From positions 5,074 through 69,073 of the forward strand of contig JAWAZI010000003.1 of assembly GCA_038817835.1 (NCBI GenBank): DNA of 64,000 nucleotides, in the 5' to 3' direction. A model generated the notes under the pieces. That model searched no databases. It saw nothing but the letters and a program-made list of their open reading frames with translations, and was not told the DNA's origin. Position numbers and translations under genes: made by a program. This document shows, one piece after another, positions 56,599-64,000 of the stretch. This stretch comes from Candidatus Pacearchaeota archaeon. GTDB lineage: Archaea > Nanobdellota > Nanobdellia > Pacearchaeales > JAPDKA01. How positions within the stretch are numbered: the first letter of the stretch is position 1; each line of letters begins with the position of its first letter.

Positions 56599-58095
56599 AT
56601 GGGATTAGAAGATATTACTATAAAGTTAGAAAAAAATAATGAAGAAAAAATTAAAAATAAAAATATAAAAATAAGAGATCCTATACAAAGACAAGAAAGA
56701 GAGGGAATATCAAAAAAAATAAAAAAAATAATAAATTCTCATATATTTTCATCTTTAGGGGAAAAACTTTTTATGTTATTCTCGTTATTTATATTTACAT
56801 ATAAAGGTGTATTAGGTGATACTTGGATTCATCCAAGTCAAGCTCTTAGAAGAGCAATACCATCAACTCCTATACCACAAAAAGTTTTTTTACTTAGAAA
56901 GCCACACGATGCAAATTTATATGGGGATACTATTACACTACCAATATGGGTTTCCCAATACCCTGGTGGAGATACTGATATAACTTGGATAGGAGATTTT
57001 GATTATTTCCAACCATGGCTCAAACGTTCAGATACATTATATGCATGGTTAAAATATAATAATGATACAATCGCATGGTTTAAGTGGTGTGCTGATGCTT
57101 ATTATCGCATAGATTCTATTATTCCATGGGGAGAGTTTTTTCCAGATTTTTGCTTTAATTTGAATAATAATATTAGGCCTCACACAGTAGCAGTGGGTCC
57201 TTATTTTGATACTACTGTTGTAGGAAAGCCAGATTCAATATATTTATATCTTAAAGACAATCCAAATAAAAAACTGGATGCAATAGTAGATTGGACATCA
57301 GAAGTTTTATATGGAGGAATATATCAAAACTATATATTCGATTTTCCAATTCAAGAATTATATGAGCCATATTCCCCTGGAGATAGTTTTATTATTAAAA
57401 TTAAAAAAATAAAAACAAAAGATACAATAATAAATAATGATACAATTCCCTTATATAATATAATTTATTCTACAACTTTAAGAGATGCCATAGATACAAC
57501 ATTAGGTAATGCTCAAGTTTTACTTGCAGATTCATTAAATAATTATGTAATAACTTTTCCACAAGAAACAACCATAACAGATATTTATCCACCATATATT
57601 TATAATTTATATGGCCCAGTTGGTGATACAACATATGCTGAAAAATATAATGTTAATTATAATGCCATAGATTATTCTAACTTAGAAAGCAAGCTAGTAT
57701 ATAAAATTTGGAATGGTTACCCATCAACAGACACAATTAATCCTGATTCTGTAGTTGGAAATAAATATTATTTTACTATTTATGTTCCAAACATTCCAGA
57801 TACAATATATGGAGAATACTATGGCTATTGTAAAGATGTTTTTGGAAATATAGGCTATAGTGATACAAACTCTTTTTATATTCCTCAACTTAGGATTAAA
57901 GAATATAAACATAAATATAATAAAAATAATAAAATAAAACCAAAGAAGATAGTATATTTTGGAAAATTACCAAAAAATTTAAATAAAAATATTAAAAATT
58001 ATGATATTTTTGATTTATCAGGAAGGAAAACTTTCTTTAGAAGAAAGGGAGTTTATATCATTAAACCTAAAGATTATAAAAATTTAAAGAAATAA
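56599..58095 (+). CDS. Secreted protein with T9SS C-terminal-domain-like tail
   Basis: Charged leader, internal signal-like segment, C-terminal IFDLSGRK...KGVYII. Confidence 0.65.
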   Translation: MGLEDITIKLEKNNEEKIKNKNIKIRDPIQRQEREGISKKIKKIINSHIFSSLGEKLFMLFSLFIFTYKGVLGDTWIHPSQALRRAIPSTPIPQKVFLLRKPHDANLYGDTITLPIWVSQYPGGDTDITWIGDFDYFQPWLKRSDTLYAWLKYNNDTIAWFKWCADAYYRIDSIIPWGEFFPDFCFNLNNNIRPHTVAVGPYFDTTVVGKPDSIYLYLKDNPNKKLDAIVDWTSEVLYGGIYQNYIFDFPIQELYEPYSPGDSFIIKIKKIKTKDTIINNDTIPLYNIIYSTTLRDAIDTTLGNAQVLLADSLNNYVITFPQETTITDIYPPYIYNLYGPVGDTTYAEKYNVNYNAIDYSNLESKLVYKIWNGYPSTDTINPDSVVGNKYYFTIYVPNIPDTIYGEYYGYCKDVFGNIGYSDTNSFYIPQLRIKEYKHKYNKNNKIKPKKIVYFGKLPKNLNKNIKNYDIFDLSGRKTFFRRKGVYIIKPKDYKNLKK

Positions 58096-58217
58096 AGCTT
58101 AATAAAGCAAAATTTTTTTTATTTTTTAAAGTATCTTTATAAATTTAAATTTTCTATAATTTTTATAGGATAGAAAAATATTTAAAGTTTAAAAATATAA
58201 AATATTATAACTAAAAA

Positions 58218-59231
58218 GTGGTTAAAATGGAAAAAGAATACAAATTTTATTTGAAAAAAGATTGTAGAGACTATTTTATGAATGGGTTAGAATATATTAT
58301 AAATAAATGTTATGATTTAAAATCTATTTCAAAGGAAAATACATCTAAGCTTTTTTCATTAGATGAAATTGAGGATTTTGAATTTTATATCAAATATAAA
58401 CCATATGATGGTAATGATGAAATAGAAAGAGAAGTTTATAATCATGCAAATTATTCAAATTTTACTTTAATATTTGAATCATGCAATCTTAATAAATATG
58501 AATTAGAAAAAATACTTAAAAATTTGGAAACTAAAGGATATATTTATAAAACTACTTTTCCAGAAGGAAATATTATTTTAGATTATTTAAGCTTGATGGC
58601 TATAACAAAAGATGATAAAAAAATCCAATTTGAGCTAATACCAGGAAAAATAAAATATAAAATAGAAAAAAATAGTCCAATATTTATTGATTCTATTTTA
58701 TTATATTTAGAAAAATTTAATGAATTAATAGAAGATATAAAAATTAAATTAGAGGTTGATGAAATTTTTGGTTATTGTGAAAATAATGGAAGATTTGAGG
58801 AATATTTTTTAGATAATTTGGAAAAAATTTATAAAGAAATAGAGAAAAAATATAAACCAAAAATAGAATTTTATGGAATTGATATTCAGAGATTAGCATT
58901 ATTACAAGAAACCTCTCCAGATTCTAAAGAATTTGAGAGAGAATTTGAAAAATTATTATCTCTTGTTGAAAGTGGTGCATTTTCAGGAAAAATTGTTTTA
59001 GATAGCTCTAAATGGAGCAGCTTAAAAGATAAATATCTTTCTGCAAGAAAAATTTCTGAATCAAATATAGAGTTATATAATAGATTATGTGAAATATATG
59101 ATAAATACAAAAATGACAAAGATAAACTTATTAATTCATACATAAAATTAAAAGAAATTATAAAAAATGAGAAAGAATTAAAATTAATTAAGGAATTTTT
59201 TTCAGAAGTGTTAAATAAAAATTTTAAATGA
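58218..59231 (+). CDS. Hypothetical cytoplasmic protein
   Basis: 337-aa ORF, no TM segment, no motif recognised. Confidence 0.7.
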   Translation: MVKMEKEYKFYLKKDCRDYFMNGLEYIINKCYDLKSISKENTSKLFSLDEIEDFEFYIKYKPYDGNDEIEREVYNHANYSNFTLIFESCNLNKYELEKILKNLETKGYIYKTTFPEGNIILDYLSLMAITKDDKKIQFELIPGKIKYKIEKNSPIFIDSILLYLEKFNELIEDIKIKLEVDEIFGYCENNGRFEEYFLDNLEKIYKEIEKKYKPKIEFYGIDIQRLALLQETSPDSKEFEREFEKLLSLVESGAFSGKIVLDSSKWSSLKDKYLSARKISESNIELYNRLCEIYDKYKNDKDKLINSYIKLKEIIKNEKELKLIKEFFSEVLNKNFK

Positions 59232-59248
59232 AAACTTATTAACTTTTA

Positions 59249-59686
59249 ATGTTGAAAAAACATATTTTTTTTGCTATATTATTTTTATTTCTTTTTTTGC
59301 TTGACAGAATAACAAAAATTTTATTTTTAAATAAAAATTTTGAAAAAAATAAAGGAAGTTTTTTTGGGATATTACAGAATTTTCAACTATTAATAATAAT
59401 TTTATCTATATTTATGATATTTTTCCTTATTTATTATTATTTCAAAGAAAAAAATTTTTATTTTAGATTAGGTTTAATATTTATTATTTCAGGAATATTT
59501 TCAAATTTATTTGATAGAATTTTTTATGGCTATGTAATTGATTGGATAAGTTTTTTTAATTTTTCAATTTTTAATATTGCTGATTGTTATTTATGCATTG
59601 GTATAATTTTATGTTTAGTAAGTTTTTTAAATTTAAAAAACATTAATAAAAAAATAAAAATTAAAATATCAAAGCTAAAAAGCTAA
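59249..59686 (+). CDS. lspA: Signal peptidase II (LspA) homolog
   Basis: LDRITK, NKGSFFG, SNLFDRIFYGYVIDWI, IFNIAD with both catalytic Asp residues. Confidence 0.88.
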   Translation: MLKKHIFFAILFLFLFLLDRITKILFLNKNFEKNKGSFFGILQNFQLLIIILSIFMIFFLIYYYFKEKNFYFRLGLIFIISGIFSNLFDRIFYGYVIDWISFFNFSIFNIADCYLCIGIILCLVSFLNLKNINKKIKIKISKLKS

Positions 59687-59742
59687 ATATTTCATCATTC
59701 AACTAAAAATAAAATTTTTGGCCTTTTCTTGGCCTTATTAAA

Positions 59743-60861
59743 ATGGGAAAATTAAGTCCAATATCAATAAAATATGTTATAAAAATAAAATTTGAGGCTG
59801 ATGGAACAGTAGAGAAACCAGATGTCATAGGAGCAATATTTGGCCAAACAGAAGGTCTTCTTGGAGAAGATCTTGAGTTAAGGGAATTACAAAAAAAAGG
59901 AAAAATTGGTAGAATAGAAGTTGAAATTCAGCAAGTTAATGATAAAGTAACAGGCATTATAGAAATTCCATCAGCATTAGATAAAACAGAAACAACATTA
60001 ATTGCAGCAGCTATTGAGACTATAGATAGAATAGGACCAACATTAGCAAAATTTAATGTTATAGAAGTTAAAGATGTAAGAGAAGAAAAAAGAAAATACA
60101 TAATAGAAAGAGCAAAAGAATTGCTTAAAAAAATATCAGAGCAAATACCAGAAACAAAAGAAATAGAAGAAGCTGTTAAATTAAAGCTAAAAGTTTCAGA
60201 TATTAAAGAAATAGGTAAAGAAAAATTACCAGCAGGAAATATAGAAGGAAATGAGATTATCGTTGTTGAGGGAAGGGCAGATGTTGTAAATTTGATAAAA
60301 TATGGAGTTGATAATGTTATAGCAATGAATGGAATGAAAGTAACTTCAGGACTTAAAAAAATAATAAAAGATAAAGAAGTAACTCTTTTCATTGATGGGG
60401 ATAGGGGAGGTTTACTTTTAGCAAAAAATTTTTTGAAAAGTAAAGCAAGAGTAGATTATATTGCCAGAGCACCAGATGGAAAAGAAGTAGAAGAATTAAC
60501 AGCAAAAGAAATTTATAATGCATTAAGAAAAAGAAAACCAGTTTTGGAATTTTTTGAAGAGATAAAAAAACCAGAAGAAAATAAAGAGATTTATAAAAAA
60601 ATAAAGCCATTCCTCGATGAAATAAAAAATACAAATAAAGCATATATTGTGGATAGTAACTTTAGATTAAGAAAAATATTTAGTATAACAAATTTAAAAA
60701 AAATTTTGAGGGATGAAGTTGAGAGAGGATATTGTTTAATAATTGATGGAAGTGTTGATGATTATATATTAGATCTCGCAGAGAGCAAGGGATATAAAAT
60801 AGTTGTAGCAAGAAATTTTTTAATAAAAAAATCTCATAAAATAAATTTACTAAGTTTCTAA
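59743..60861 (+). CDS. dnaG: Archaeal DnaG-like TOPRIM protein
   Basis: VEKPDVIGAIFGQTEGLLG, VVEGRADV, DGDRGG. Confidence 0.96.
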   Translation: MGKLSPISIKYVIKIKFEADGTVEKPDVIGAIFGQTEGLLGEDLELRELQKKGKIGRIEVEIQQVNDKVTGIIEIPSALDKTETTLIAAAIETIDRIGPTLAKFNVIEVKDVREEKRKYIIERAKELLKKISEQIPETKEIEEAVKLKLKVSDIKEIGKEKLPAGNIEGNEIIVVEGRADVVNLIKYGVDNVIAMNGMKVTSGLKKIIKDKEVTLFIDGDRGGLLLAKNFLKSKARVDYIARAPDGKEVEELTAKEIYNALRKRKPVLEFFEEIKKPEENKEIYKKIKPFLDEIKNTNKAYIVDSNFRLRKIFSITNLKKILRDEVERGYCLIIDGSVDDYILDLAESKGYKIVVARNFLIKKSHKINLLSF

Positions 60862-61902
60862 TTTTTCTTTTATTTTTATTATACCTTCTTTATGATTTAT
60901 ATCAAAACTCACAGGCAAAAATTTTTCTATAACCCATGCATTTGTTATTGCATGCTCTGTTATAAAACTTGTTTTTAAAATAGTTTCTTTTTTGAACTTT
61001 GTTGTAATATAAGCTAGGAATGGTAGAATCTGATCTGCAGCATGACTGTCGATTACTCCATTAAATTCATTTTTTAATTTCTCAATAACTTCTTTAGCTA
61101 TAATCTCACTCGATTTTCTTAATTCTCCTAGAGCGCTAACTCCTATTATACTTTTTTCTGCTTCTAGCCATAAACATAAAACAGCTCCATCGCTTTCTGT
61201 ATTTACATATTCTCCATTTAGATTTAATGGGATATTATTAAATATAGGTTCTTTTTTTATTTCTTCTTCTGAAAAATTTATCAATTTTTCAACAACTTTT
61301 TTTTGTTTTAATTTTTCACTTGCTACAGCATTTCCTTTTATACATTTAATTTTTCCTTTTTCATCAAAATTATTGTGTTTTAATTTTACATTTAGAAAAT
61401 TAAAATCAACAATACCTTTTCCTTTAGGGTAAAAGCCCCTTCTTATTATTTCTATTTTTGCCTCATAACCTATTTTTTTTAATAATTCTAGAAATACATA
61501 TTTTGTATAATCTATTGGTGGAGCAAAAGAGACATCAGTGCCTCCTATAATTCTTGCTTTAAATTTTTCTGCTTTAATTAAGCATGGCATTATTGTTTGC
61601 AATACTAGAGATATACTACCTGCTGTACCAATATCAATATTTATATCTTTAAATTCTAAATTTTTAGGTGCAAAATAAATTTCCTTACTTCCAATATAAT
61701 CATTTTTTACATCTGCATTTCCTAAAATTTTTGCAATTTTAATGCAAGCAAGATGTTGTGCTGCTAGTCCAGGATTTGGTCTATTTGCTCTTATATTTTT
61801 TAATATAAATGGCCTTTGTGTTAATAGGCTTAATGCAAGAGAAGTTCTTAATATTTGTCCACCCCCACTTCCATAAGATCCATCAATAATTATTTCATCC
61901 AT
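60850..61902 (-). CDS. rtcA: RNA 3'-terminal phosphate cyclase
   Basis: DGSYGSGGGQILR, PGLAAQH, GGTDV, RRGFYPKG, DSHAADQ, TEHAITN. Confidence 0.95.
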   Translation of the reverse strand: MDEIIIDGSYGSGGGQILRTSLALSLLTQRPFILKNIRANRPNPGLAAQHLACIKIAKILGNADVKNDYIGSKEIYFAPKNLEFKDINIDIGTAGSISLVLQTIMPCLIKAEKFKARIIGGTDVSFAPPIDYTKYVFLELLKKIGYEAKIEIIRRGFYPKGKGIVDFNFLNVKLKHNNFDEKGKIKCIKGNAVASEKLKQKKVVEKLINFSEEEIKKEPIFNNIPLNLNGEYVNTESDGAVLCLWLEAEKSIIGVSALGELRKSSEIIAKEVIEKLKNEFNGVIDSHAADQILPFLAYITTKFKKETILKTSFITEHAITNAWVIEKFLPVSFDINHKEGIIKIKEKLET

Positions 61903-61932
61903 AAAAAATTATTTTTAATTTTATTTAAAAAA

Positions 61933-61940
61933 TTTATAAA
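61933..61940 (+). promoter_or_regulatory. Probable TATA box of the initiator tRNA gene
   Basis: TTTATAAA after an A-rich BRE-like run, ending 23 nt before the tRNA; same 8-mer and spacing upstream of tRNA-Leu (1660-1667). Confidence 0.5.
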
Positions 61941-61963
61941 GAAGAATTTTTTAAATTTTATAT

Positions 61964-62038
61964 AGCGGGGTAGAGCAGCCAGGAGTGCTCGCCGGGCTCA
62001 TAACCCGGAGGTCGGTGGTTCAAATCCACCCCCCGCTA
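61964..62038 (+). tRNA. Initiator tRNA-Met(CAT)
   Basis: A1-U72 pair, three consecutive G-C pairs in CCGGG-CT CAT AA-CCCGG. Confidence 0.95.
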
Positions 62039-62059
62039 TTTAAATTTAATTTTTAATTT

Positions 62060-62773
62060 ATGAAAATTTATTTTGGTTTAGATGATAGTGGAAGAGGCCC
62101 TGTTATTGGTCCAATGTTATTAGCAGGAGTTGCATTAAATGAAGAACAAAAATATTATTTAAAAAGTATAGGTGTTAAGGATAGTAAATTATTATCAAGT
62201 CAAAAAAGAAAACAATATGAGGAAGAAATTAAAAAAAATTGTTTAGCTTTTAAATTAATTAAAGTAACCCCTCAAGAAATTGATAAAAAATTAAATTATA
62301 AAATAAATCTAAATAAAATTGAAGCAATAAAATTTGCATCTATTGTTAATGAATTATATTTTGAATTGAAAAATAAATTTAATAAAATTAATCCAATAAT
62401 AATTGTTGATTGTCCATCTACAAATATAAAAAAATGGAAAGAATTTTTTGAGGAATATATAAATGATGAAATAAAGAAAAATTCTATGATTATTGTAAAA
62501 CATAAAGCAGAAAAACATGTATTTGTTGCTGCTGCAAGCATATTAGCTAAAGAAGAAAGAGAGAGAGAAATTGAGAAAATAAAAAAAGAAATTAATTTTG
62601 ATTTTGGTTCAGGATATCCTTCTGATCCAAAAACTATAGAATTTTTAAAATCAAAAAAATATAAAGAAATAGAGAAAAATAATTATTTTGTTAGACAATC
62701 ATGGAATACAATTAAAAAACTTAAAGAAGAGAAACAAAAAAAATTAAAAGATTTTTTTGTTATTTTTTTATGA
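62060..62773 (+). CDS. rnhB: Ribonuclease HII
   Basis: GLDDSGRGPVIGPM, VKDSK, VAAASILAK, GSGYPSDP, PIP box QKKLKDFF. Confidence 0.95.
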   Translation: MKIYFGLDDSGRGPVIGPMLLAGVALNEEQKYYLKSIGVKDSKLLSSQKRKQYEEEIKKNCLAFKLIKVTPQEIDKKLNYKINLNKIEAIKFASIVNELYFELKNKFNKINPIIIVDCPSTNIKKWKEFFEEYINDEIKKNSMIIVKHKAEKHVFVAAASILAKEEREREIEKIKKEINFDFGSGYPSDPKTIEFLKSKKYKEIEKNNYFVRQSWNTIKKLKEEKQKKLKDFFVIFL

Positions 62774-64000
62774 TTAAAAAATTATATATTGAAGGATTCA
62801 AAAGTTTTGCTAAACCTACAGAGGTAATTTTTAATAATGGATTAAATGTGATAGTTGGCCCAAATGGAAGTGGAAAATCAAATATAATAGATGCAATATG
62901 TTTTGTTTTAGGTAGGCTTGCTATGAAAAGTTTAAGAACAGATAGAGCAAGTGGTTTAATATTTAAAGGAAAAAATATGTCTAATAGAGCGATAGTTAAG
63001 TTATGGTTTGATAATGCTAATGGAGATTTTACTATTGAGAATGAAAAACCTAAAGAGATTTTGATTGAAAGAATATTGAGAAGAGATGGAGTTAGTATAT
63101 ATAAGATAAATGGAAAAACAAAAACAAGAAATGAAATTCTTGAATTATTAAATCAGAAATCTTTAAGTCCATATGGCTTTAATATAATCCTTCAATCTGA
63201 AATTTTTAAGTTTGTTGAAATGAAACCAGAAGAAAGAAGAAAACTTATTGAAGATTTAGCTGGAATTTCTATTTATGAAACTAGAAAAGATAAAGCTATG
63301 AGAGAATTAGAAAAAACAGAAGAAAAGCTTAAAGAAGTAAAAACCATATTTAATGAAAAAAATAATTTTCTTAAAAATTTAGAAAAAGAAAGAAAACAAG
63401 CATTAATTTATAATAAATTAAAAAAACTTGAGAAAGATTTAAGATTTTCTATATTAAATAAAAAGAAAAATGAGAAAATAAAAGAAAAAGAAAAAATTAT
63501 TAAAGATATTGAGAAAGAAAAAAAAGAAATTGAGAAAAGAGACGAACAAATTATGAAACTTTTAGAGTTAATAGATAAAAATAAAAAAGAAATTGAAAAC
63601 ATTGATAAACATATACAAAATATTAGTGGAATCGAACTTGATAAACTTAATAAAGAGATTATCGAGTTAAGAACAAATTTTTCTAAATTAGAATTTAAAA
63701 AAAATTCTTTGATTAATGCTATAAAAAATAATGAAGAAAAAATTAAAAGCATAAGCGAAGAAATAGAAGAACTTAACAGAGAGATAGAAAATATAAGGGA
63801 AAGAGAGAAAGAAAAAATTGGAAAAGATAATGCAGAAATGCTTAAAGAATTAGATGCTAAAATAAACAAATTAAAAGAAAAATTGAATTATTTAGAAAAA
63901 AGAAAAGAATATTTGAATAATAATAAATTGCAATTATCATTACTTAATGAGAAATTAAATTTATTTAATAAAAATTTACTTGAAACTTCAAGTATTCTTG
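62770..64000 (+). CDS. smc: SMC family chromosome segregation protein, N-terminal part (runs off window end)
   Basis: Manual translation MIKKLYIEGFKSF...VGPNGSGKSNIIDAICFVLG...SLR, Q-loop NIILQ, then a long coiled coil. Confidence 0.93.
   Translation, partial: MIKKLYIEGFKSFAKPTEVIFNNGLNVIVGPNGSGKSNIIDAICFVLGRLAMKSLRTDRASGLIFKGKNMSNRAIVKLWFDNANGDFTIENEKPKEILIERILRRDGVSIYKINGKTKTRNEILELLNQKSLSPYGFNIILQSEIFKFVEMKPEERRKLIEDLAGISIYETRKDKAMRELEKTEEKLKEVKTIFNEKNNFLKNLEKERKQALIYNKLKKLEKDLRFSILNKKKNEKIKEKEKIIKDIEKEKKEIEKRDEQIMKLLELIDKNKKEIENIDKHIQNISGIELDKLNKEIIELRTNFSKLEFKKNSLINAIKNNEEKIKSISEEIEELNREIENIREREKEKIGKDNAEMLKELDAKINKLKEKLNYLEKRKEYLNNNKLQLSLLNEKLNLFNKNLLETSSIL

Noticed and set aside
59928..60392. 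154-aa antisense ORF and similar shadow ORFs (e.g. 33561-33944, 47015-47299, 51454-51780)
   Set aside because: They lie opposite well-supported genes and have the Phe/Ser/Ile bias expected from antisense reading of Lys/Glu-rich codons.
63408..63869. 153-aa hydrophobic minus-strand ORF
   Set aside because: Antisense shadow of the SMC coiled coil, which the track missed because it has no stop inside the window.
1..64000. Alternative genetic code or tRNA introns
   Set aside because: Conserved genes end at TAA, TAG or TGA at expected lengths, and all eight tRNAs have uninterrupted 7-nt anticodon loops.

Overview
Very AT-rich, gene-dense chromosomal segment of a small-genome archaeon, inferred to be DPANN (Pacearchaeota/Woesearchaeota-like). 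Most of it is information-processing core. It holds six aminoacyl-tRNA synthetases (His partial, Gly, Leu, Asp, Ala, Pro), ribosomal protein and RNA polymerase clusters, RadA, RPA, PINA, TFE, a histone, DnaG, RtcA, RNase HII and a partial SMC. It also holds eight intronless tRNA genes and a compact RNase P RNA missed by the ORF track. No rRNA, CRISPR array, integrase or transposase was seen. The most notable accessory signals are five. (1) A six-gene operon (4239-11934) reads like a donor-strand-type fibre system: putative pilin, donor-strand-only membrane anchor, Ig-like accessory proteins, and a giant adhesin ending in a pilin-like domain. (2) Two giant surface proteins share a long N-terminal module ending in an NF-S motif. 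(3) A motif-intact GGDEF diguanylate cyclase is coupled to bud32. (4) A secreted protein carries a T9SS-like C-terminal signal and many Bacteroidota-type O-glycosylation sequons, near a bacterial-type LspA. (5) A PINA-four pilin-RPA operon converges on radA. All calls come from motif recognition by eye; no searches were run.
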